Positions 1 to 13,927 of a stretch of 64,000 nt of DNA are shown piece by piece. This DNA is from the human T2T-CHM13v2.0 reference genome, Homo sapiens. Position 1 is the stretch's first letter, and the number at the start of each line of letters is the position of its first letter. Where the stretch lies: NCBI RefSeq assembly GCF_009914755.1, contig NC_060929.1. One strand, given 5' to 3'. A program made the position numbers and the translations under genes. The notes beneath the pieces are model-generated. The model saw only the letters and a program-made list of their open reading frames with translations, was not told the origin of the DNA and ran no database searches.

Positions 1-399
1 AAACACCTTAAGTAATAATATTTATGGAAATATGATAATATAAAAATTCCAAAAAAATAGTATGCATTACACTTTATTTGTATGATAAGAAAGTGTGGGG
101 ACATATAGAACAGACAAAAATAAAAGATGCCTCCTTGATTCCTTTGTTAGGAAGCTGGCTGCACTGTGGCAAGTGGTGTGATCCTAGAAGTCATGGTTTA
201 CAAAGGATAATCAGAGGATACTTTGGGGCTGACATTGAGGATATTTACTACTTATCCAAATGTAGATGTACAAGAGTTACTTATATTCATTCACGCATTC
301 AGAAACTACTTTTTTAATAGCATAGTTTGTTGGAAACTGTCCTAAGTGTTAGAGAAAGAATTAATCCAGAGAGAAACATTCTTGCTTTCCAGATAGAAA

Positions 400-590
400 A
401 AATAATATTGAGATTGCCAAAGAAACAGGAAAGATAATTTTTTGAAATGGAAAGAGTTGTCAATATTGTTTATTCACAGACAATTTAGAAACTCAAAAAT
501 ACCCTTGAACTTAGCTGCACACAGGTCACTATTGGCTTTGGCCAGAGCAATATACATAAAGAGATGGAAGTAGAGGCTAGATTCTGATTT
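400..590 (-). mobile_element. L2 LINE fragment (ancient)
   Basis: cccttgaacttagctgcacacaggtcactattggctttggccagagcaat...gctagattctg resembles antisense L2; boundaries approximate. Confidence 0.4.
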
Positions 591-1263
591 TCCAATTTGC
601 AAGGGTTTCATACTGACTGCTGTAACTCATAGTTTGTTCTGGTAAATCACACCACTGAAAATTAGAATATTTATTTAGGCAAGGAGCAGAGGTAGAAGGC
701 ATGCAGTGAGACATGGTGATGGTGTACTATTGTCTCCTTCAACTTCTTGTTAAGTATATTTGGATATATGGAATATTTAATTTTGGTGTGAAAATTAAGC
801 AAAATAATACAACCATATGCACAGTTTAAAGATCAAAGATGCTGTTCACTAAAATGTAGATTAAAATGGCACTGGCCCAGTTTGAGACAAAGTATTCTGA
901 AATAGAAAATTCTTTAGTACACTCTGAAAATGCTTTTTAGCAATTGCTTTATTACTCTAGTGCTTCAGTTTCATCTCCTCTTCATAATAATTGATGAAAG
1001 AGTTTATGATATTACTAAATTAGCCACCATTTATTTTGTAGAGATAGAGCAAATGCAAGCTTTATTATATCAAACATCATATCAGTTCCTTAGTATTTTC
1101 TATTACTTTTCCTGGGAACAGTAAAAGAAATAGAAATTTATATTGGATTTCTGTGGGTTCTGGAGTTGTTTTGTTGAGCCGTATTTTCTCAAAAAGTAGA
1201 GAATATAATGAATTGATTTTTATAGGTAAAATCAATATTATATATTGATTACGCAAATTATAT

Positions 1264-1305
1264 TACTATATGACATGTAAACATATACTATATGACATGT
1301 AAACA
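1264..1305. repeat. Tandem duplication, 22-bp period
   Basis: tactatatgacatgtaaaca at 1264-1283 and 1286-1305. Confidence 0.9.
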
Positions 1306-1371
1306 AACTTTATTTTATATGAACATGTGCCTAATATATTAGCTATTTTGTAAACTATATACATACATATG

Positions 1372-3637
1372 TGATATGATTTGGCTATGTCCCCACTCAA
1401 ATTTCATGTTGCATTGTAGTTCCCATAATCCCCATGTGTCGAGGGAGGGACCCAGTGAGAGGTAATTTAATCATACGGTAGTCACCCTCATGCTGTTCTT
1501 GTGATAGTGAGTGAGTTCTCATGAGAGCTGATGTTTTTTTAAGGTGCTTTTCCCCCGCTTGCTAGGCACTTCTCTTACCTGCTGCCATGTAAGAGGTGTC
1601 TTTGCTTCTCCTCAGCTTTCCACCATGATTGTGAGGCCTCCTCAGCCAGGTGAAGCTATGAGTCCATTAATCCTATTTTTCTATATAAATTACCCAGTCT
1701 CATATATGTCTTTATTAGCAGTGTGAGAACAGACTAATACAGTACCTTGATATCAGGAGTAGGGTGCTTCTATAAGGATATCTGAAAGTGTGGAAGCGAC
1801 TTTGGAACTGGGTAACAGGCGGAGGTTGGAACAGTTTGGAAAGCTCAGAAGATAGGAAAATGTGGGAAAGTTTGGAACTTCCTAGAGACTTGTTGAATGG
1901 CTTTGCCCAAAACTGTGATAGTGATATGGACAATGAAGTCCAGGATGAGGTGCCCTTAGATGGAGATGAGAAACTTGTTGGGAACTAGAGAAAAGGTGAC
2001 TCTTACTATGCTTTAGCAAAGAGACTAGTGGCATTTTGCCCCTGCCCTAGAGATCTTTGGAACTTTGAACTAGAGAGAGATGATTTGGATATCTGGCAGA
2101 AGAAATTTCTAAGTGGCAAAGTGTTCAAGAGGAAGCAGAGCATAAAAGTTTGGAAAATTTCCAGCCAGATGATGCAATAGAAAAGAAAAACCCATCTTCT
2201 GGGGTGAAATTCAAGCCAGCTGCAGAAATCTGCATAAGGAACGAGGAGCCAAATGTTAATCACTAAGACAATGGGGAAAATATCTCCAGGGTATGTCAGA
2301 GACCTTCATGGCAGTCCCTCCTATCACAGGCACAGAGGCTGAGGAGGAAAAAATGGTATTGTGGGCTGGGCTCAGGGCCCCTCTGCTGTGTGCAGCCTAG
2401 GGACATGGTGCCCTGTGTCCAAGCTGTTTCAGCCATGACTAAAAGAGGGCAAGGTATAACTCATGCCGTGGCTCCAGAGGGTGCAAGCCCCAAGCCTTGG
2501 AAACTTCCATGTGGTGTTGAGCCTGCAGGTTCACAGAAATCAAGAGTTGAGGTTTAGGAATCTCTGCCTAGATTTCAGAGTATGTATGAAAATGCTTAGA
2601 TGTCTAGGCAGAGGTATGCTGCAGGGGAGAGGCCCTCATGGAGAACCTCTGCTAGGGCAGTTAGGAAGGAAAATGTGGGGTTGGGACCCCCACACTGAGT
2701 CCCTAATGGGCCTCTGCCTTGTGAAGCTGTGAGAAGAGGGCCACTGTCCACCAGACCCAAAAATGTTAGATCCACTGACAGCCTGCAGTGTGCCTGGAAA
2801 AACCACAAACACTCAACGCCAGCCTGTGAAAGAAGCCAGGAGAGAGGCAGTTGTACCCTACAAAGTCACAGGGGCCAGCCTGCCCAAGGTCGTGGCAGTC
2901 CAGCTCTTGCATCAGAGTGACCTGGATGTGAGACATGGAGTCAAAGGAGATCATTTTGGAACTTTAAGTTTTAATGAGTGCCCTATTGGATTTCAGACGT
3001 TCATGGGGCCTGTAGCCACTTTGGTTTGACCAATTTCTCACATTTGGAATGGATGTATTTACACAATGCCTGTACCCTCATTGTATCTAGGAAGTAACTA
3101 ACTTACTTTTGGTTTTGCAGGCACATAGGCAGAAGAAACTTGTCTTGTCTCAGATAAGACTTTGGACTTGGACTTTTGAGTTAATGCTGGAATGAGTTAA
3201 GACTTTGAGGGACTGTTGGAAGGGCATGGTTGTGTTTTCAAATGTGAGGACATGAGATTTTGGAGCGGCCAGGTGTGGAATGATATGGTTTGTCTGTGTC
3301 CCCACCAAAATCTCATCTTAAATTGTAGATCCCATAATCACCACATGTCAAGGGAGGGAATGGTGGGAGGTAATTTAATCATGGGGGCAGTTACCCTCAT
3401 GCTGTTCTTGTCATAGTCAGTGAGTTCTCACAGGATCTTATAACCCTTTTCCCCCTTGTGCTCCACAGTTCTCTTGCCTGCCACCATGTAAGATATGCTT
3501 TTACTCTTCCGCCTTCCACCGTGACTGTGAGGCCTCCCCAGCCATGTGAAACTGTGAGTCTATTAAACCTTCTTTTCTTTATAAATTACCCTGTCTTGGG
3601 TATGACTTTATCAGGAGCATGAGAACAGACTAATACA
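1372..3637 (+). mobile_element. Full-length THE1 (THE1C-like) MaLR provirus: 5' LTR 1372-1741, internal 1742-3280, 3' LTR 3281-3637
   Basis: Both LTRs run TGATATG...ACTAATACA; THE1-int between them; perfect 5-bp TSD atatg at 1367-1371 and 3638-3642. Confidence 0.93.
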
Positions 3638-3959
3638 ATATGTTAAAAAGTATAGAATATAATCACCTGATTTTGATTATGTAATACTTAACTAATTAAG
3701 AGGGGAACTCCGTTATTCCTTAAACAGTTTAAAATGGATTAAAAAAAAATCTTTTTTGTATTGTCTGGTTATTTGATTAGCTTGCTGTAGAAAAGCAGAT
3801 ACAGCTCTAAATTTGTATTTATTTGAATCATGTAATGCATAAGCTTATGTACAAATTAATAGAATGAACATTTCTCATGCTTATGTAGTTCATGCTGACT
3901 ATATTTCATAAGTTATGAGTTTTATAACTTATAAGTCTTTTTATATCCCATTCCTTCAT

Positions 3960-5140
3960 TTGGCTTGGAAGTTGCATACCTTTTTATAATTATCTTATTT
4001 TTATGATTATATTTATTAAACATGCATTTCAAGTTTGTCAAGTCTAATGTTAGTGTATTCACTTTTTTCTCGGTCAATGCAAGAACCTTCAAAATATTTA
4101 TGTGTAGTCCGTACTATTCAACTTAATGTGATTGTCATTCTGTATTTCAATAGTAAATATTTGATTTAATTTCCAAAGAATATATTAAATAGTCATAATT
4201 TTTAGTTTACTGGCATAGTTAGCATCTCCATGGCTCATTATTTCTCTCTGGTCCCTGCCATCCCCGTGTCTATGACTTAACTTTGCTTATATTATTTCTG
4301 CCTTTAGTATTTCCGTTGATGCTGGTTTGCTTTCAATCTTTCTCTCATGTTTTCTTTCTATAAAATATTTTTATTTCAAGATAAGCATTTTTATTTTATT
4401 AGTAAAATAAAAGAATACTTCTTTTAAAATATTGTTATGTTGTTTTATGTATGTTTTATTGATCTAACAAAATCTTCACCTCATATTTTATCTCCTTAGT
4501 AGCTGCAGTATTTGAAACTCCCATGGGTCTGTTTCTAGTGTCGGTTGATCTTGCTACATGTCATTTAACATTGTCTTTCCTCCTCGTAGGTCTGGTCATT
4601 TTTGATTGAGTGTAAAAAGTGCATTTAAACAATATTTTAAAATAGTGTATACTAAGAGGATGTTTTTCCTTATGCTATAACTTGATTACTTGTTTCAGAC
4701 ATCTTAGGCCATTAACAAACTAAAGTCATGATATTTTAATTTGAGGATTAAAATGATTCAAGCTAGTTTTTGGTTAAGTGCCAGAATATTACACCTGACT
4801 CAGGGTGACAAAATAAAATTTGGTGAGGGTAGGTTAGCAGGGCTGCCTTGCAGGCCAAGTCTGGTCTCCAAATTTTGTCTACATAACCCCACTGGGCTCT
4901 CAAAACTCATCTCAGGCTTTCTGCTACATCTTTCATTAGAGACAAATACATACTGAGGAAAAGTAGTTCCAGATACTAGCTTCAGATCTCAGAATGTGTT
5001 TTACCTTCTTCCCTGAAAAGGTGGCCCAGAAATTCTTGGCAATTTTATGAGCCCTTTGATACCTAGGAGCAGATTTTAAAAGCTCCATTATTACCTTCAA
5101 TAGGAGAGTTGGCCTCTGTTACTTGATCCACCATTTCTAG
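3960..5140 (-). mobile_element. Highly decayed old L1 (L1ME-like) remnant
   Basis: T-rich antisense L1-like phrases (gcctttagtatttcc, gtctggtcatttttgattgagtg); boundaries uncertain. Confidence 0.3.
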
Positions 5141-5814
5141 ACATAAATGTCTTACGTATTCTTCATAAGATTTCTTAAAATGTTATTTGACTACATTTAA
5201 TCATTGATAGGGCAAAGAAAATAAAATAATTTTGATAAAAATAACTTGACAGGAACACTTTGTTTTTCTAACTGTTCCTCTCAAGAGCTTGGTTACAATT
5301 TATTTTTAGGGTCATTATAATTTCCTGCACAATGGCCAATACAATGTTTTATATACAGTAGACACATTACATAGACAAATGCAAAGCTGAAATTTTACGC
5401 CTAACTAGTTTTTTAATTTTTTTATAATGTTAATTTACACCCACAATTAGAGTCCATTCTCTTTCATAAAGTATGTTATTTGTGTAAATAAAAGACTTGA
5501 AAAAAATGTCTTGAAAAAAACTAAGAGCTTTAGTAATTAAATCTGTCCATCTGAATTTTCCATACATTTTAAAGAGAAAAAATATATAATAGCAATCTTT
5601 TTTTTGAAAGTGTTTTGTACCTAATAGTAACACGTGCTTCAGAAATACTGTTATATGATTAGCATTTCTAAAACACACATATAACAATAACAGCGAAGAA
5701 AAGCAAAAGATAACTCAAGATAAATTAGTTGTCATTATCTATTTATTTCATTTTGTGGCTTAGAGTGAAGATGATAGAAGTAAAAAAAAGATAATTTACT
5801 ATAAAATGAATTTG

Positions 5815-6404
5815 AGGAATATACCCAAGTGAATTTAAAACAGAAATATTTATTTTAAAACAGTATAGATAGTTCTACAATAATGTTCATAGAACATTGT
5901 ACATCCATGTTCACAGCACCATTCATCGCAATAGGCAAAAGGCAGAAAGAACCCAAATGTCCTTGAATGGATGAATAAACAAAATGTGATATATGCGTAC
6001 AATTGAAAATCATTCAGCCTTAAAAAGGAGTGAAATTCACACACATGCTACAACATGGATGAACCATGAAGACATTATGTTAAGTGAAATTACCAGACAC
6101 AAAAGCTCAAATATTGTAGGATTCCACTTATGTGTAGTACCTAGAATAGTTTAATTCATAGAGAAAGAAAGTAGAATATTGGTTACCGGGGTGGCAGGAA
6201 GCAGAAATGGGAAGTTATTGTTTACAGAACTCTGGCTACAGAGTTCCAGCTTGGGATGACAAAAAATGTTCTGAAGACACACAGTTAGTGAGGATTACAC
6301 AAAATAATGTGAACGTACTAATGTTACTGAACTGCAACTTAAAATGGTTAAGATGATACTTTTCATATTATGTACATTCTATCACAACAAAAACTTAAAA
6401 ATAA
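5815..6404 (+). mobile_element. L1MB-type LINE-1 3' end
   Basis: acccaaatgtcc...cagccttaaaaagga...atgctacaacatggatgaacc...cattatgttaagtgaaat...aaaatggttaagatg ending A-rich. Confidence 0.85.
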
Positions 6405-6603
6405 ATCCTTTTCTACCTCACTTGGCCTAAGAAGTGCAGAAATTGAATTAATTGTCCTAACATGTCTGCATGTAGTAAAGGATAATTTGATTCCAAAGGA
6501 AAAAAGCAAATGCTGGTCCCATAAGAGTCAATGCATTTTTTTCCCCAAAAAGGGCAGAACTGGACACTTGAAATATTATAGAATAATAAGATTCAATATT
6601 TCT

Positions 6604-6831
6604 GGCTGGACACGGTGGCTCACGCCTGTAATCCCAGCACTTTGGGAGCCCGAGTCGGGCAGATCATTTAAGGTCAGGAGTTGGAGACCAGCCTGGCCAA
6701 TATGGTGAAACCCTGTCTCTACTAAAAATACAAAAATTAGCCGGGCAAAGTGATGGGCACCTGTACTCCCAGCAACTCGGGAGGCTGAGGCAGGAGAATC
6801 ACTTCAACACGGGAGGCAGAGAAAAAAAAAA
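6604..6831 (+). mobile_element. AluS lacking about 70 nt of the right-arm 3' end
   Basis: Alu left arm, A-rich linker, right arm to gggaggcagag, then directly A10; degenerate TSD aagattcaatatttct/aagatacgaggtttct. Confidence 0.9.
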
Positions 6832-7308
6832 GATACGAGGTTTCTGATACCAGAAAGCTCACCATCAGGCTGATACATATAAGTTGTTTTCTGGGTTTTT
6901 TTTTTTTCTTTCCTTAATTGCAATAAATCTGTATTACTCAAGGCCGTGATTGTGTGCTGTTTAGATCACTGAGACATCTAAGCTATTTGTAGCTCTTTGG
7001 AAACTCCTATGCTTGGATCCAATATGTGCACATCTGCTTGAGACAAATGTGCATTGAAAAAAGGGTAGGGAAGTAATACACTTTCTGCAAATGAAGACTG
7101 CATCTCAAAGGAAAAAGGAGGAAGCCTGTCTCTTGGGACTATAGGGAACGTTTGGACAGTGGGGATATATTCATTTGGCCTCTGTGATCCAACAGTGAAC
7201 ATTCTAACATTTCTCTATACTGTCCCCATCCCAAAAGCTACATTCAAGTCCCCAGGATCAGAAATAAGTTTGTCATTTTGGAAACTAAAACTATGTTGAC
7301 TTTAGTTT

Positions 7309-7636
<328 letters not shown>

Positions 7637-8544
7637 GCAAAAGAAACATGTATACATGTATACCTTATTTCTATTCAGCATTAGTTTATTGATGTCAAGT
7701 TACAAAGTATGTTATATTGACTGAGATCAGTGAGCTTAATTTCAGAGGTTTGGGCACTGAGATTGCGCTCTTCTTAGATTGTTAATTACTGTGGGTTATC
7801 AATGTATATTTTATAAAGTGAGATTTTTAAAACCTTATTGATAAATTATATCTAATCCTGTTTTTCAAGTATTTTAAGTATCTAAAGACTACAATGGTCA
7901 GGAATTATCATAAGCAATGGTGACAGAAACATAATAATATGATTCAGTATAATAGATACCTCACATTAATAAAGAAAATAAACAATGCTTCAGTTAGCAA
8001 ATGTATGCTACAAATAATATAAAATTATGTTATAACCGTGTTAAAAAATAAATCTATATCTTTACATGGTTGAGAAGTCCAGAAGTAGTTTTGGCTTCAA
8101 AGAAGGCCCAATATATTGACCCAAACAGAATGACAACCGCAGTATTCTTAATTTCTCACTTCAGAATCTGAGATTTTTTTCGGGGAGGGGAGGAGAGAGG
8201 AGAGAGAGGCTCAGAAGGCAACACAGTGAGCAGTTATGTAGTTAACATATATTCCATATGTAGTTGCGGACAATAAATAAATACTCATAAGATGCATTAA
8301 TTCTCCTTAGGAGTTAGGAGGATCAAGGGTAGCAAAAGGGAAAATTGCTTGTATTGAGTAATTGCATCAACCAAAGAGCTGTGGAATCACAAAATATGTG
8401 TGCCATACACTTACGTATATACTTATTCAATTCTATGTATGCTGTGTGTGTATGTGTAGAGCTGTTAAAGAGCAGAAAGCCTTAAAATTATTTTAAAACA
8501 TATACATATGTGAAAATTCTATATTGACAATACTTAAGAGTAAG

Positions 8545-8690
8545 ACTCCATCCTACCACTCTCTAGCTGTGAATCTTGAAAGAGTTTCTTAAACTTTGTG
8601 TGCCTCAATTTCTGGAAGAACTCACTCACAGAGTTGTGAGGACAAAAATAATTCATATTTCTAACGTGCTACTCACTGGCAAAATAAAAA
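8545..8690 (+). mobile_element. MIR SINE
   Basis: ctagctgtgaatcttg...cttaaactttgtgtgcctcaatttc...cagagttgtgagga core. Confidence 0.65.
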
Positions 8691-10159
8691 GTCATGGGAC
8701 TGCGTAGTATCAACAAATCAGTGACTTTTTAATGACATATTGTCAAACTTTTTTTTTGCGTCCGAGGAATATGATTGTATGTTGAAAAGTAAACCAGGAA
8801 TTGCAATTTCAATATCGAGGTACAAATAGAATTATCTCTTTTATTTTCATTTTGTCCTTTCAATATCATTATTTAATCCTCCATGAATTGAAAAGTAATA
8901 TAATATTTCAAAGAAAAATAAGTCATGTCTCAATATGTATAGATTTATTTTAAATGTTAATTTGACCATTTGGAAGGTCAAAATTGTATTTTTCATTTAT
9001 TGATATTGCATACTAACATCTTAGAAAAAACCAGTTCAATTAAGCAAAAGCGTTTGACATTTTAAAATGTTAAATTTGTGCTTTATTGTCCAATATAATG
9101 AATAGATTGCCAAAATACTCTGTCAATTTTGAATTATTTTAAGAGAAAGAGCACAGCATGAATGACAATATTTTTCTTGAAATTTATAAAGCTCGAGGCA
9201 ATTAAACAAAGCCATTTTATCACAGCTAAGAATGAGATAACCCCATACTTCTGAGAAGTAGAGATATATTGGTCCTGAAGGAAAGTTTAGTTGTTTTTAG
9301 ATGGTAGGAGTTGAATATAAATGGAGTCTGGTGATTAATTATAATTCAAATTTCCTGTTTTCAAATGTATCATATATTTGCAAAGAAAAAAAACCACAGC
9401 ATTTTATAGAGATTAAATGTATTATATTCTAGACTGTGACCAGCCCTTTTATCTACACCTGAACTATCAAAAACTAACATAAACAACATATCTTTAGATT
9501 ATATGTTTAGAGAGAAAAACATGAAGTGAAATTCACTATGTTGGTATTTCAGAGTAGGTTTTGGTCTCACATTCACAATCTAGAATCTGTTCCAAACCCA
9601 GCAAGCTTTCCTTGTTCAAGTACTCTCTATGTGCAAACATCATATGTCTGAAAAAGGAGGACAAAAGAGAAATATTTAATAGGTTACACAAAGGAAAAAA
9701 ATGAACAGACAAAAGATATACCTAACAAACACCATCAGTTATTTCCTTCTGGCCTCAAAATAGCATATTATGTGCTACTCTCTTACCCACGTGTTCACCT
9801 TGATGATGCTTGATGCACAATATAAATGCTTACATTTACAATGCTTTTCATTTCTACTTTTCTGTTGGTGAGCACTAAAAGAAATCCTCCAGGAACACTA
9901 TTTTCTCATTAAGTACAAGTCAGTGGCAACTATTGGCTGGGGAAGCAAGGGGAGCTCAGAGTGACACTCTATGAAGGAAAGGTGGTGGGTAGGTCCTGCT
10001 TCCTTCTGAAGAGGGAGGAAACACTGAAAGACAGTCTTTAGGCACCGTAGGCCTAAGAAGTGGCAGTCTACTCTGAGGGAGGGAGGGAAGACAAAGGGCC
10101 AGGGAGGACCACTGAAACAAACCCTCCAAGTTCTGCTCATGGTAAGCTTTGATTACCCA

Positions 10160-10375
10160 AGTGTATTATTATGAAGTTACTGAAGCAAGCAGAAAAGTTG
10201 CAATATTTGTACAGTGAACACCAGTACACTCACCACTTAGATTCTACCAATAACATACAACTTATCATGTATCACTCTATCTATCCATCTTATATTTTTG
10301 TAAGGCAGTTAGAGACATGAATACACTTCTCTCCAATAATTCAGCATACATAGTACTAATTAGGATTCAACTTTT
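10160..10375 (-). mobile_element. L1MC-type 3' UTR fragment
   Basis: cagaaaagttgcaa...tacagtgaacacc...caccacttagattctacc resembles antisense L1MC4 3' end. Confidence 0.55.
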
Positions 10376-10534
10376 TTTTTAGTAATTGTTTAATCTGAAC
10401 ATAGAATGAAATGTGAAAATGGTAGGTATACCATTTGCTGTTTGGTAGTCATTTGAATATTTTGAGAGGAACCTGCCATGTCTGTTTACCCCTTTTTAAC
10501 ATATACACAAACACAGATATAGACACAAATGTAT

Positions 10535-11792
10535 CTGAGGTATGATTTACTATATAAAACATACTATCTTAAGTGTATGACTTGATCATTTTGACAAATG
10601 AATAACCATTATAATCCAAAACAACTATTAGACAATTCACCATTTCCATCACCCCAGAAAATTATTTTTCTTTTTCACTCAATCCCTTGAATGTCCTCCC
10701 CCAGACCAGTAAACTAGTTTTCTCTTTTTTCCAAAAAAAAGTTTCACCTATAATAAAACTTCATATAAATAGAATACATACATTTTTGTGTACAATGCCT
10801 TTCATTACATATTTTTTGAGATCTACTCACATTTGTGCATGTACCAGAAATTTGTTTTGTTTTGTTGCTGAATAACATTCCCTTTTATGGAAATATCACC
10901 ATCGTTATGGGGTATTTGATGGACATCTGGAATATTTCAGATATTTGAATTTTTAGTAAGAATTATTTGAACATTCTTATATAAATTTTTGTGTATGTAT
11001 GGCATAGTTTTTCATATTTTTATGTAAATAAGAGTGAAATTATCATAAATAATAAAGTAGGCGTATTAGTTCATTTGTGCTGCTATACAAATACATGAAG
11101 CTGTGTAATTTATAAAGAAAATGGGTTTATTTGGTGCATAGTTATATAAGGTGTACAAGAAACATATGTTGCTAGCATATGCTTTTGGTGAGGGCCTCAC
11201 ACTGCTTTCACTTATAAAGAAAGTGAAAAGAACCTGGTGTATGCAGAGATCCCAAGATGAAAGAAGCTACAAAGAGTGAGAGGTTACATGCCAGTTTATT
11301 TTTAACAACCAGTTCTTGTAGGAACTAATAGAACAAGAACTCACCCGACACCCTCCCCTCAAGGGAGGACATTAATCTGTCCTTCAGGGATCCACTTCTA
11401 AGACTTCTCATTAGGTCCTATCTCCAACATTGGGGATAAAATTTCAACATGAGGTTTGAAGGGAACAAACATCCAAATTATGGCAGCAGGTATAATTTTA
11501 ACTTTCTAATTAATAGCTAACTATTGTGCAAAGTTACTAAACAATTTTACACTCCCATAGTCTATATTATAGTACAGATTTCCTCCACATTCTTGCTAAC
11601 ATTTAGGATTGTCTTACTTTTGCATTTTTGCCATGTCATTGGGTAAGTAATCTTGCTCTATTGTGGCTTTAATACACATTTACTGTGATAATTATGTTAT
11701 TATCTTTTATATACTTGTTGGCAATATGTATAGATTCTTTTGAAAAATATCTTTCAAGTTTTTGTCCATTTTTAATTGGGTGGTTTATCTTT
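10535..11792 (-). mobile_element. L1ME-type 3' end, interrupted by an MSTB LTR
   Basis: cttaagtgtatg...tttgacaaatg...catttccatcaccccagaaa...gatggacatctgg...; resumes at 11491 through gtccatttttaattggg. Confidence 0.75.
11062..11485 (-). mobile_element. MSTB-like MaLR solo LTR
   Basis: gtattagttc...caaacatccaaattatggca; TSD gtagg/gcagg. Confidence 0.85.
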
Positions 11793-11805
11793 AAAAATTA
11801 TACAT

Positions 11806-11872
11806 GCATGCACACACACAGGCAAGTATGTGTGTGTATATATGGGTGTTTGTGTGTCTGTGTGTGTGCATA
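11806..11872. repeat. Imperfect (CA)/(TG) microsatellite
   Basis: cacacacaca...tgtgtgtata...tgtgtgtgca. Confidence 0.6.
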
Positions 11873-13610
11873 CAATATTCATTTTCAACCTTACAAAATG
11901 TTATATGCATGTATTAGGCCATTCTTGCATTGCTGTAAATAAATACCAGAGACTTGGCAATTTATAAGGAAAGAGGTTTAATGGGTTCATGGTTCTGCAG
12001 CCTTTATAGAAAGCATGGTGCTGACGTCTGTTCAGGTTATAGGGAGGCCTCAGTTTGCTTATAATCATGGCAGAAGGCAAAGGGGGAACAGGCACATCAC
12101 TTGGTAAAAGCAAAAACAAGTGAGAGAGAGAAGGGCGGGGGAGGAGCCACACACTTTTAAATGACCAGATCTTTGAGAACTCACTATCACAAAGACACCA
12201 TCAAGCAATGAGGGATCTGCTCCCATGACCCAAACACCTCCCACCAGGTCCCACCTGCAGTAATGGGGATTACAATTCAACATGAGATTTGGGCAAAGAC
12301 AAACATTCAAACTCTATCATTCTGGCCAATGATATCTCCCAGATCTCCTGCCCTTGTCAAACTGCAAAACACCATCATGCTTTCCCAACAGTCTCTCAAG
12401 ATCTCTACTCATTCCAGCATTAACTCAAAATTCCAAAGTCTCATCTGAGACAAGGCAAGTCCCTTCTACCTATGAGCCTGTAACATCAAAAATACGTTAT
12501 TTATTTCCAAGATACAATGGGGGTACAGGTATTGGGTAAACATTCCCATTATAAAATGGAGAAATCATCCAAAAGAAAGGGGCTATGGGTTCCATGCAAG
12601 TTCAAAACCCAGAAGGGCAGTCATTAAATCTTAAAGCTCCAAAATAATCTCTTTTGACTCCATGTTCATATTCAGGGCACTCTGGTGCTAGGGGTGGGCT
12701 CCCAAGGCCTTGGGCAATTCTATCCTTGTGACTTCACAGGGTATAGCCCCTGTAGCTTCTCTCACAGGTGGCTGAGTGCCTTCAGCTTTTCCAGATGCAA
12801 GATGCTGGCTGCCAGTGGCTCTATATTTTTCAGATCCAGATGACAGTGGCCCCCTTCTCACAGCTCCACTAGGAAGTGCCCTGATAGGGATCGTGTGTGG
12901 GAGCTTCAACCCCACATTTCCCCTTGTCACTACCCTAGTAGAGCTTCTCTCTGGGGTCTCTGTCCTTGTAGCTAGCTTGTGCATGGACACCCAGGTCTTC
13001 TTATATATATCCTCTGAAATCTAGGTGAAGGCTGCCCAGAATCCACCACTCTTGCACTCTGTGCACCTGCAGGCTTAATGCCACGTTGAAGCCACCAAGG
13101 CATAAGGCTTGCATTCTCCAAAGTGGCAGCTTGACTTGTACCTGGGCCCCTTTGAAGCCTGGCTGGAGTTGGAGCTACAGCAGCTGGGATGGGGGAGCAG
13201 TGTTGCAAGGTTGCCAGGGCAGCATAGCACTGAACCTGACTTACAAACCCATTCTTTCCACCTTGGCTTCTGAGCTTGTGATAGGAAGGGCTGCTGTGAA
13301 GGTCTCTGCAATGCTTTTGAGGCCTTTTCCCCATTGTCTTGTATATTAGCACTTGGCTCTCTTTTAGTTGTACAAATAGTCTCTAGCAAGTGGTTGCTCC
13401 ATAGCCTGCTTGAATTCTTCTTGCAAAAAAGATTTTTTTTTTCTTCTGCTACATGGCTAGGCTATGAATATTCCAAACTTTTATACTCTTTATATGTTAA
13501 GTATAAATTTTAATTTTAAGTTGTTTCTTTGCTCCAGCATCTGGATTTAGGTTGTTAGAAGCAGCCATGACACATCTTGAACACTAACACTTTGCTGCTT
13601 AGAAGTTTCT

Positions 13611-13927
<317 letters not shown>

